Position numbers and translations under genes: made by a program. This document shows, one piece after another, positions 1-7,776 of a DNA stretch of 64,000 bases. The stretch's first letter is position 1; every line of letters starts with the position of its first letter. The stretch comes from Phycisphaerales bacterium (GTDB lineage Bacteria; Planctomycetota; Phycisphaerae; Phycisphaerales; UBA1924). The stretch is from positions 7,889 through 71,888 of the forward strand of contig JBIPMO010000001.1 of the NCBI GenBank assembly GCA_044369085.1, read 5' to 3'. A model generated the notes under the pieces. That model did not search any database. It was given only the letters and a program-made list of their open reading frames with translations, and was not told the origin of the DNA.

Positions 1-825
1 AACTGGCAGGACAAGGCCACCAACCTCCGCGAGATCGCCCGCGAACTGAACATCGGCATCGACGCCCTGGCGTTCGTCGACGACAACCCGGTGGAGTGCG
101 CCTGGGTGCGAGAGAACGCGCCGGAGGTGACGGTCATCCAGCTCCCGAGCGACCCGATGCACTACGCCCGCACCCTGCGCGACTGCCCGGTGTTCGAGCG
201 GCTCGCCCTCACCGCCGAGGACAAAGAGCGCGGACGCCAGTACGCCGAGAATCGCGTCCGGTCGGAGCTCCAGCAGCAGGCGGGGTCGATCGAGGAGTTC
301 TACGAGTCACTCCGCCAGGAAGTCGAGATCGCTCACGTGACGCCGATGACCCTGGCCCGCGTTGCGCAGCTCACCAACAAGACCAATCAGTTCAACCTGA
401 CCACCCGCCGCTACAGCGAGCAGCAGGTGCAGGACATGGCCGCCTCGCCCGACTGGCGGGTGTACTCGATCAAGGTCAAGGACCGCTTCGGCGACAACGG
501 GCTGGTTGGGGTCGCGATCGCCAACTACAAGGGCGAGGTCTGCGAGATCGACTCGTTCCTGCTCTCTTGCCGGGTCATCGGCCGCACGGTCGAGACCGGC
601 TTCCTCGCCGCGATCATCGAGGAGGCGAGGACGCGCGGCGTCACCAGGCTTCGTTCGTGGTTCATCCCCACCAAGAAGAACGCCCCGGCCAAGGACTTTC
701 TGGGCTCGCAGCGTTTCGTCAAGGTCGCGGAAGACGAGGCCGGCAAGCAGACATGGGAGTTCGATCTGGCGGCCGATGACATCGGCTTCCCGCCCTGGAT
801 CAAGCGGCTGGAGCCGACCGAGTAG
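1..825 (+). CDS. FkbH-like HAD-IIIC phosphatase/acyltransferase domain protein, 5' end truncated by window
   Basis: Frame 1 is open from nt 1 (NWQDKATNLREIARELNIGIDALAFVDDNPVE...). It carries FkbH hallmarks (LTNKTNQFNLTTRRY, DRFGDNGLVG, SCRVIGR). The ATG at 91 is internal. Confidence 0.85.
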   Translation, partial: NWQDKATNLREIARELNIGIDALAFVDDNPVECAWVRENAPEVTVIQLPSDPMHYARTLRDCPVFERLALTAEDKERGRQYAENRVRSELQQQAGSIEEFYESLRQEVEIAHVTPMTLARVAQLTNKTNQFNLTTRRYSEQQVQDMAASPDWRVYSIKVKDRFGDNGLVGVAIANYKGEVCEIDSFLLSCRVIGRTVETGFLAAIIEEARTRGVTRLRSWFIPTKKNAPAKDFLGSQRFVKVAEDEAGKQTWEFDLAADDIGFPPWIKRLEPTE

Positions 826-836
826 CGGCCTCGCCG

Positions 837-1661
837 TCACACTTTCCAGCATCCGATGTGGTTGCGGTCGATGCGCTCGATCCGGTGGAAGCCGTAGTCG
901 CGCAGCAGGCGTTCGATGCGCACGGGAGCATTCGGGTCGCCCCGGCTGGCGTAGATGGCGTAGTGAATCTCGCAGATGATGACGCGGCACGCGGGGTCCT
1001 TGAGCGTCGCCTCCATGCCGATGATCACGTCTTCCTCCGCGGCCTGCACGTCGATCTTGACCATGTTGGGAACCGCGAGCCCGCGCTGCGAGCGCAGCAC
1101 ATCCCCGGGGATGACCTCGACGCTCGGCGTGCCCGCCGGCGCCTCGGTGACGATCCGGATGTCGCCCTCGAGTCCGCTGCTGCATTGCATGATGTACAGG
1201 CGATCTGAGCGGCACCCCAGAGCCAGCGGCACCCCCTCTACGTGCGGCGCGTCGTTGGCCGCGATGTTTTTCGCGAGGCGTTCGCAGCATGCGGGCATCG
1301 GCTCGAATCCGAGGACCTTCCCGCCCGGCAGCACGGCCGTGGCCATGAGGATCGTGTAAAGCCCCACGTTCGCGCCGACATCCCACACGACGTCCCCCGG
1401 CCGGAGGTTCGCGAACACCGCCCGCATCACCGCCCCCTCGGGCTCTGAGAGGTAGTGCGCTTACTCGTGCTCGTTCTCTACGATCAAGCGAGCGGAGTGC
1501 TCACCGAACGTCACCTGCGCATGGCTGGGACGCTGCCGAGCGTACTCCTGCCTCAACGCGGCGCGGTGCCTGTCGCCCTTGCGATTGAGCATCCGAACCA
1601 GAAATAGCGTCACACCCGACCGGCGGAGAACAGCCCGCAGCGTCATTTCCAACTGATTCAC
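837..1661 (-). pseudogene. FkbM-family SAM methyltransferase interrupted by one in-frame TAA (1461-1463); the C-terminal ORF 837..1430 is intact
   Basis: ORFs 1461..1769 and 837..1430 are in the same frame, separated only by a TAA. The joined read is ...FGEHSARLIVENEHE*AHYLSEPEGAVMRAVFANLRPGDVVWDVGANVGLYT. A GTG at 1661 is preceded by GGAGG. The joined length of about 274 codons is typical for FkbM. Confidence 0.6.
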
Positions 1662-1732
1662 GGCTATTCCTCCCCATTGGCACGGGTCAGGCTTCACAGT
1701 GTCCTCGCCCGCGAGCACCGGGGCGGCAACGC

Positions 1733-2764
1733 ATGCAAAGCACAAGCCCAACCCAGCCGAAGTATACACTCCCCCCTCTCACCCCTTGGGACCGGTATGG
1801 AGCCGTCATGCTGAGCTATGAACAGATCATCGCCGCCCTTCCGGCGGGCTTCTCGTCCAGAGCACTGCTGGACACGATGTACCTCAAGAACCAGTGGCTG
1901 ACCAAGCCGATGCTCGAGGCTCTCGACCCCGGGATGCTGCCGGCCTATTTCAAGGAGGTCGAGGACGTCTGGGGTGTCATGCGGAAGATGCGCCCCGATC
2001 AGACGGAGGAGCAGCGCCTGGCCGAGGCCATCAAGGGGCTGCAGTTCCACTCGATGGAGTTCCTCAAACTCCAGATCGAGTTCGCCAAGACGGGCGAGTA
2101 CAAGTCCAGCGACTACGACACGGTGTTCAAGGAGGTCTACAGCAACGCCGCGGTGATGCAGAAGTATCTCGACGGCTTGCTGCTGACATACATCGCCTGG
2201 CCCAACCACTACCGACTGCTGAACTGGTACCGCGATGCATACCTGGCCAAGGCTCCCGCCGGCGAGTGCCTGGAGATCGGGCCGGGCCACGGCTGGCTCG
2301 CGCTCTGCCAGCTCCGCTCGAACCCCGCCAATCGGTTCCTGGGGCTGGACATCTCTCCCCACAGCGTCGCGTACACCAGGGGCTGCCTCAACGCCGCCGG
2401 AATCGCGCAGGACCGGTGGAAGGTTCTTGAAGTCGACGCCCAGAAGGGCATCGCGGGCCACGAGAAGCCCTTCGACCGCGTCGTCATCGCGGAGGTGATC
2501 GAGCACCTTGCCAACCCCGAGATCATCGTCGAGGCCGCCCTCGCGCACTCGAAGCCGACCGCGCTCTTCTTCATCACCACCGTGGTCAACCTCGAGGCCG
2601 TCGACCACATCTATCTCTTCCGGCAGCTCCAGGAGGTCCGCGACTTCTGCGAGAAGAAGTGCGGCCTGAAGATCATTGACGAACTGGACATGCCCCTGAA
2701 GATGAACCTCAAGGACATGAAGGACGAGGCCTTCGAAGTCGCGCTCGTCTGCAAGCCCGCCTGA
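1733..2764 (+). CDS. class I SAM-dependent methyltransferase
   Basis: Motif I (CLEIGPGHGWLA) and a post-I acidic motif (LGLDIS) are present. Alternative start at ATG 1808, which has GGAG 6 nt upstream. Confidence 0.8.
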   Translation: MQSTSPTQPKYTLPPLTPWDRYGAVMLSYEQIIAALPAGFSSRALLDTMYLKNQWLTKPMLEALDPGMLPAYFKEVEDVWGVMRKMRPDQTEEQRLAEAIKGLQFHSMEFLKLQIEFAKTGEYKSSDYDTVFKEVYSNAAVMQKYLDGLLLTYIAWPNHYRLLNWYRDAYLAKAPAGECLEIGPGHGWLALCQLRSNPANRFLGLDISPHSVAYTRGCLNAAGIAQDRWKVLEVDAQKGIAGHEKPFDRVVIAEVIEHLANPEIIVEAALAHSKPTALFFITTVVNLEAVDHIYLFRQLQEVRDFCEKKCGLKIIDELDMPLKMNLKDMKDEAFEVALVCKPA

Positions 2765-2826
2765 GCAGCGTCGGTCCTCATCGCCCCGACAAGCCACCAA
2801 CGATCACCTCCCAAACGAGCATCCCC

Positions 2827-3069
2827 ATGAGCAACCAAACCATCTCCCAAGCGGTCCGCGGCGTGGTCTCTGATGTCCTGGGCGTCCCCGTCTCATCGGT
2901 CAACGCCGACTCCTCCCCTCAGACCATCGAGGCCTGGGACAGCGTGCAGCACCTGTCGCTGGTCATGGCTCTGGAGCAGGCAATCGGCGTGCAGTTCGAG
3001 CCCGAAGAAATAGACAAGATGCGATCCGTCGCGGCGATCGAGGCCCTGGTCGCCAAGAAGAAGGCCTGA
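2827..3069 (+). CDS. acyl carrier protein
   Basis: 80 aa with a phosphopantetheine Ser context (EAWDSVQHLSLVMALE). Sits directly beside the FkbH-like gene. Confidence 0.8.
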   Translation: MSNQTISQAVRGVVSDVLGVPVSSVNADSSPQTIEAWDSVQHLSLVMALEQAIGVQFEPEEIDKMRSVAAIEALVAKKKA

Positions 3070-3131
3070 CCGCGGTCCGCCCCGGCGGGGCGGGGGGATG
3101 CCCAATGGCCCCGCGCGGTAGTCTGGGGGGC

Positions 3132-4580
3132 ATGATCACCCTCCGCTACGCAGGTTGCCTGTCCGATCGCGTTGGCCCGCATGGCCTGGACCCCGCCTCG
3201 ATCGCGCCGGGGTCGCCCGCCGCCAAGCGGGCGGCTGACATGACCGCCGCCCTGGAACGGACCCGAGGAACGGGCTGGGAGCGCTGGCGCTCTCTACCCT
3301 TTGACCCCATGCGCCGCGAGCACGTGACGGCGGTGAACGACGCCGTCGCCAAGTGCAAGGGCCGCTTTGACACGATGGTCGTCCTGGGCATCGGCGGGAG
3401 CGCTCTGGGCAACATCGCGCTGCAGTCAGCGCTGAACCCGATCACCTACAACCTCCTCCCGGCAGAGCAGCGCGGCACATCGGGCGGCGGGCCCGGCGGG
3501 TCGCCCCGTATGTTCGTCGTGGACAACGTCGACCCGGCGCACTTCGGTGCCGTCCTCAAGTTCTGCCAGCAGTCCGACCCCGGGCTCAAGCGAACGCTCT
3601 TCAACGTAATCAGCAAGAGCGGCGAGACCGCCGAGACCGCTGCGCAGTTCATGACCATCCGCGCGATGCTCATCGCCGCTCTGGGCAAGGACAAGCACGC
3701 CGCCAACATCGTCGCAGTGACCGACCCCGCCAAGGGCACGATGCGGCAGATCTGCAACGACAACGGCTACGTCACCATGCCCGTCCCCGACGGGGTGGGC
3801 GGGCGCTTCAGCGTCCTCTCGCCCGTGGGGCTCTTCTCCGCCGCGATGTGCGGGATCGACATCAACGGCCTGCTCGACGGCGCGGCCCACATGGACCAGC
3901 GCTGCTCGAACCCGGATCTGCACAAGAACCCCGCCGCGATGCTCGCGACGCTGCTCACGCGCCTCGCGGCCGAGAGGGGCAAGAACATCCACGTGATGAT
4001 GCCCTACGCCACGGGCCTCTACCTGCTCGCCGACTGGTACCGCCAGCTCTGGGCCGAATCGCTGGGCAAGCGCCACGACAAGACCGGCAAGGAAGTCTTC
4101 TCGGGCTACACCCCCGTCAAGGCCCTGGGCACCACCGATCAGCACTCGCAGGTCCAGCTCTACCGCGAAGGGCCTAACGACAAGGTCTTCGGCTTCGTCG
4201 AGGTCAAGGACTTCGGTGCTGAGGATCTCGCGATCCCGACCGGCCTCGGAGTCGAGAGCATCAAGTACCTCGAAGGGTCGAAGTTCGCCACGCTCCTCAA
4301 CGCCGAGAAGCGAGCCACCGAGTTCGCCTTCGTCGAGAGCCAGCGGCCCAGCTTCACCATCGAGATGCCCAAGGTCGATGCCCACGGCGTGGGCGAGTTC
4401 ATCGCGCTGTGGGAAATCGTTACCGCCTACTGCGGCCTGATCCTGGGCATCGATGCCTACGACCAGCCCGCCGTCGAGACGGGCAAGGTCGCGACCTTCG
4501 GCCTCATGGGCCGCAGCGGCTACGCCGAGTGGAAGGACAAGGTCGAGAAAGCGCTGGGCGGCACCGGGCACGCGATCTGA
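3132..4580 (+). CDS. pgi: glucose-6-phosphate isomerase
   Basis: LGIGGSALGN, VISKSGETAET and GGRFSVLSPVG motifs. The ORF opens at 3105; ATG 3132 is preferred but the start is uncertain. Confidence 0.9.
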   Translation: MITLRYAGCLSDRVGPHGLDPASIAPGSPAAKRAADMTAALERTRGTGWERWRSLPFDPMRREHVTAVNDAVAKCKGRFDTMVVLGIGGSALGNIALQSALNPITYNLLPAEQRGTSGGGPGGSPRMFVVDNVDPAHFGAVLKFCQQSDPGLKRTLFNVISKSGETAETAAQFMTIRAMLIAALGKDKHAANIVAVTDPAKGTMRQICNDNGYVTMPVPDGVGGRFSVLSPVGLFSAAMCGIDINGLLDGAAHMDQRCSNPDLHKNPAAMLATLLTRLAAERGKNIHVMMPYATGLYLLADWYRQLWAESLGKRHDKTGKEVFSGYTPVKALGTTDQHSQVQLYREGPNDKVFGFVEVKDFGAEDLAIPTGLGVESIKYLEGSKFATLLNAEKRATEFAFVESQRPSFTIEMPKVDAHGVGEFIALWEIVTAYCGLILGIDAYDQPAVETGKVATFGLMGRSGYAEWKDKVEKALGGTGHAI

Positions 4581-4585
4581 ACGCA

Positions 4586-4708
4586 TTCACCACAGAGACG
4601 CAGAGGCACAGAGGGGATCTGTTGATTGGCGCGCATCCATACGGTTGCGTGCGACCGTTTCGTGCGGCACACACAATTCTCTCTGCGTCTCTGCGTCTCT
4701 GTGGTGAA
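4586..4708. repeat. inverted-repeat element, copy A (TTCACCACAGAG... arms); likely bidirectional terminator hairpin
   Basis: Left arm TTCACCACAGAGACGCAGAGGCACAGAGG (4586-4614). Right arm CTCTGCGTCTCTGCGTCTCTGTGGTGAA (4681-4708). The spacer is 66 nt. The element lies 5 nt after the pgi stop and 3 nt from the stop of the convergent gene. Confidence 0.8.
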
Positions 4709-4711
4709 CGA

Positions 4712-5011
4712 TCAGTCCGCCGAGATGTGCTTCGGCCCCTCGCCCGTCTTTTTCTCGTAGGTCCCGTCGCTCGTGCGCTTGTACTTGGTGAAGCCGAGCT
4801 CACCCAGGCGCTTGTCCTGATTGGAAGCGGCGGTTGATGTGAACGCGGTCCACTTGCCACCGATCATCGGGGCAAGGATGGCGCGGCGGACGGGCTTGCC
4901 CGTCTCGGGGTGCTTCGTGAGCGCCTCGGCCTTGATGCTCTGGAGGATCTCGAACGTCTCGCCCGTGGGCTCGCCCTTGGGCGTCAGGATCTCGTAGACG
5001 TAGGTTGGCAT
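4712..5011 (-). CDS. FmdB/CxxC-zinc-ribbon-like small protein lacking all cysteines
   Basis: N-terminus MPTYVYEI...HPETGKPVRR follows the MPxYEYxCxxCG...CPxCG..V.R pattern, but the Cys positions are replaced. G/C-rich third codon positions support coding. Confidence 0.55.
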   Translation of the reverse strand: MPTYVYEILTPKGEPTGETFEILQSIKAEALTKHPETGKPVRRAILAPMIGGKWTAFTSTAASNQDKRLGELGFTKYKRTSDGTYEKKTGEGPKHISAD

Positions 5012-5040
5012 GGCGGGTGCGGGCCGTTCGAGCTTGCGAA

Positions 5041-5901
5041 TCAGTGTGACGCGGCGTGGGCAGGTTCGTTGAGAATCCGCTCGGCGTAGGTGATCATCGC
5101 GTCGCGGAGTTGCTGGAACGATTCGAGCACGTACAGGATGGGCTGGTAGTGATCGATCTCAAAGTCGGTATCGCAGACCATGTCCATTTCGAACGGGCGC
5201 CGGTCGACATCGGGGTTCTCGAGCGCGTTGTGGCCCTCACCCTCGGATGAGATCAGCCCGCTGCCGTAGAGCTTGAGCCGCCGGTCCTCGCGGATCAGCC
5301 CGAACTCCACGGTGAACCAGAAGAGCCGCGCCAGCCGCTTGGTGTGCCACGGATCGTTCGTATGCAGCGCGGCCTTGCCGTACGTCTGCAGGAAGTCGGC
5401 GAACACCGGGTCGGCGTGCAGCGGGACATGCCCGAACACATCGTGGATGAGGTCCGGCTCGGGGAGGTAGTTCATCATCGTCCGCGGGCGGACGGTGACG
5501 GTGGTCGGGAACTGCCGCTGAGCCAGGAACGCGAAGAACGCCTTGGCGGGCAGGTACCCGGGCACCCCGTGGCTGGACCAGCCGGTCAGCGCCTTCAGCC
5601 TGGCGTTGACATCGGTCAGCGGCGGGATGCGGTCCTGACGAAGATTGATGGCCCGCGAGCCGGTCAGAAAGACCTCCGACCCGTAGTCGTGGAGCTGCTC
5701 CATGCGCTTGGTGAAGATCTCGCCCCACACCTGGTGGTCATCGGCGGTGTACTTGTCGTAGCGCTGCGTGATCTTCATCGAGTCGATGTTGATCTTGTCA
5801 GCGGGCATTCCCTCGGAAGCGTTCGCCGCCTCCTGGGCGCGACGGGCCTCCTCGGAGTCGATGACGGGCGAGTAGATGATGCCTTTGCCTGCTGCGTCCA
5901 T
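5041..5901 (-). CDS. phhA: phenylalanine 4-hydroxylase
   Basis: PEPDLIHDVFGHVPL, FWFTVEFGLI and LYGSGLISSEGE motifs. ATG 5901 has GGAGG 7 nt upstream; the ORF opens at 5949. Confidence 0.9.
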   Translation of the reverse strand: MDAAGKGIIYSPVIDSEEARRAQEAANASEGMPADKINIDSMKITQRYDKYTADDHQVWGEIFTKRMEQLHDYGSEVFLTGSRAINLRQDRIPPLTDVNARLKALTGWSSHGVPGYLPAKAFFAFLAQRQFPTTVTVRPRTMMNYLPEPDLIHDVFGHVPLHADPVFADFLQTYGKAALHTNDPWHTKRLARLFWFTVEFGLIREDRRLKLYGSGLISSEGEGHNALENPDVDRRPFEMDMVCDTDFEIDHYQPILYVLESFQQLRDAMITYAERILNEPAHAASH

Positions 5902-5948
5902 GGGGTACCTCCGAGCGACACGAAAAGTATACGCCCGATGCCGGACCA

Positions 5949-6071
5949 TTCACCACAGAGGCATGCAGACACAGCGGGGGATTCCCAGCTGTCACACGAA
6001 CGTTTCACCACCAAGGTGCTGATGTGCCCCACACAAGAAGCCTGCTCGGTGTCTCCGTGCCTCTGTGGTAA
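5949..6071. repeat. inverted-repeat element, copy B (same TTCACCACAGAGGCA terminus)
   Basis: Left arm TTCACCACAGAGGCATGCAGACACAGCGG. The right-arm reverse complement is TTACCACAGAGGCACGGAGACACCGAGC. It ends 5 nt from the mreD stop codon. Confidence 0.65.
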
Positions 6072-6076
6072 CCCCC

Positions 6077-6652
6077 CTACCGCCGTCCGGTTTCGTACCG
6101 GAACCCGCCCGCCGACTGCTTTTTGAACCCCAGCCAGGGAGCAAACCAGTTCAGCGCCGGCGCCATCACGAGCCCCAGGATGCCGGTGTACAGCGCCGCC
6201 CCGAGCCGCTGCCACAGCTCGCTCGCGGGCGAAGGGACGACCAGCACGTCGTAGCGCGCCCGGATCGTGAGGATCGCGAGCACCAGGATGTTCGCGATCG
6301 CCGCGCCCAGGGTGCACAAGAACGCCATCGTCAGCGGGCTGGTGCGGAACACCATGTTTCGGAAGTTGAGCACGGTGTACGACGCGAGCATGCACCCAAG
6401 CGCCCACGGCCCGACGACAGCGACGCTCTCGCCCCCCGTCGTCTGCTGAACATAGAGCAGGTCCAGGAAGAACCCCATCACCAGCGCCACACCGAGAGCC
6501 GCCGCGGTGCGGGCCCACAGCGCGACGAACACCACGAGCACCATCACGAACGACGGCGCAACCGCGAGCGAACCGATCTGCAGCGCCGCCCGGAACCCCG
6601 CCTCAAAGCCGAGTGTCAACCACGCCAGAATGGCAAAGAGCAGCCAGTTCAT
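6077..6652 (-). CDS. mreD: rod shape-determining protein MreD
   Basis: 191-aa polytopic membrane protein. Its ATG overlaps the mreC stop (ATGA), in the canonical position after mreBC. Confidence 0.75.
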   Translation of the reverse strand: MNWLLFAILAWLTLGFEAGFRAALQIGSLAVAPSFVMVLVVFVALWARTAAALGVALVMGFFLDLLYVQQTTGGESVAVVGPWALGCMLASYTVLNFRNMVFRTSPLTMAFLCTLGAAIANILVLAILTIRARYDVLVVPSPASELWQRLGAALYTGILGLVMAPALNWFAPWLGFKKQSAGGFRYETGRR

Positions 6653-7575
6653 CGGGCGCCCCCGCTTCCAGCTCCGGCTCCGCCAGGCGCGATCACCGAG
6701 CCAGTGGCCGCATCGTTGGCAGGGATCCGCAGCACAACGCTGCGCACGCGCGTCAGATCAAACTCGGGGGCCAGCACGATGCGCTTGAACAGCGGCTTGT
6801 CGGTGTCCTCAACCCGCACCACGCGCCCGATCATCAACCGCTGGGCGCTCCCGGGCCAGTAGGCATCATCGAGATAGACCGGCGCGCCCCGCTGAACCTT
6901 CGATGCATCATCCACGCCCATATCGCCCGCCAGCGTCCCGTCCCCCACCGGGCGGAACTGCCCGCGCACCGCCGCGGCGACCGCCGCGGCATCCAACTGG
7001 CCCGGCGGCATGACAAGCCCGTCAAGAAAGTTGGGTGTCAGACGCTTGTCGGACAGGACCTGAATCGTCGACACCGCCGGGCCCACATTCGTCACGATGC
7101 CCACCAGATGGTGAGGCGCCGCGGTGGCGACCGCGACGGTGTTGAGCGTCACCCCGTGCACGCTGCCGCGCGAGACGGTGATCGTCCCCGATCCGGGGTC
7201 GGCCCCGATGCGGGTCGCCTCAACCCGCTGCACGCGGGGCTGAGACCCAAACGCCACTCCGCCCTGAAGGGCCGAAATCGTCTGCTCCATCTGGTCGATG
7301 CGCTGCTGGGTCGCGAGGTACTCGCTCTTGTAGAACTCGAGCTGGGTGCGGAGTTCCTGATCGCCCTCGGTGCCCTCGGGCCTCAACCGCTCGCCCGGGC
7401 GGAGCCACGATGCGAGCCCGGCCAGCGGGTTGGCCACCGGCGCGACCACCGTCATCACAGGCCCGCGGAACCAGCCCAGCCAGCCCGTCCACGAAAGCGG
7501 CAGCACCGCCGAAAGAAACAGCCCGGCTCCCGCGAGGAAGAGGATCGTCTGCGGGTTGATGGTTCGTCGGGCCAT
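6649..7575 (-). CDS. mreC: rod shape-determining protein MreC
   Basis: N-terminal TM segment, a coiled-coil segment (ELRTQLEFYKSEYLATQQRIDQMEQ) and a C-terminal beta-rich domain. Located between mreB and mreD. Confidence 0.8.
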   Translation of the reverse strand: MARRTINPQTILFLAGAGLFLSAVLPLSWTGWLGWFRGPVMTVVAPVANPLAGLASWLRPGERLRPEGTEGDQELRTQLEFYKSEYLATQQRIDQMEQTISALQGGVAFGSQPRVQRVEATRIGADPGSGTITVSRGSVHGVTLNTVAVATAAPHHLVGIVTNVGPAVSTIQVLSDKRLTPNFLDGLVMPPGQLDAAAVAAAVRGQFRPVGDGTLAGDMGVDDASKVQRGAPVYLDDAYWPGSAQRLMIGRVVRVEDTDKPLFKRIVLAPEFDLTRVRSVVLRIPANDAATGSVIAPGGAGAGSGGAR

Positions 7576-7715
7576 GCGGGAAGAGGCGGTGCGGGGGTGC
7601 GCTGCGTTTCCAGCATCATCCGCGCGATCGTCGAGGGCTCCTGCAAGTACTCCTTCTCAGCAACAGACTCGACAACGCTCGAAACTCGAACTTCGCCCCG
7701 GCCGCTTCAGGAACC

Positions 7716-7771
7716 GATCCCAGATCCCTGATCCCTGATCCCTGATGCCCGATGCCTGATGCGTGATGCCC
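7716..7771. repeat. 8 tandem degenerate heptamers (GATCCCT/GATGCCY)
   Basis: The units read gatccca gatccct gatccct gatccct gatgccc gatgcct gatgcgt gatgccc. The array starts 5 nt from the mreB stop, in the mreB-mreC spacer. Confidence 0.85.
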
Positions 7772-7776
7772 ATGCA

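Noticed and set aside
1461-1769. Independent 102-aa gene.
   Set aside because: It shares a frame with the FkbM ORF across a single stop codon, and its 5' end overlaps the divergent methyltransferase gene. It is better explained as the N-terminal fragment of the interrupted FkbM gene starting at GTG 1661.
7716-7771. CRISPR array interpretation of the tandem and inverted repeats (also 4586-4708, 32829-33021, 36083-36221).
   Set aside because: The units are only 6-8 nt with no spacers, or they form single inverted pairs. No cas genes are in the window.
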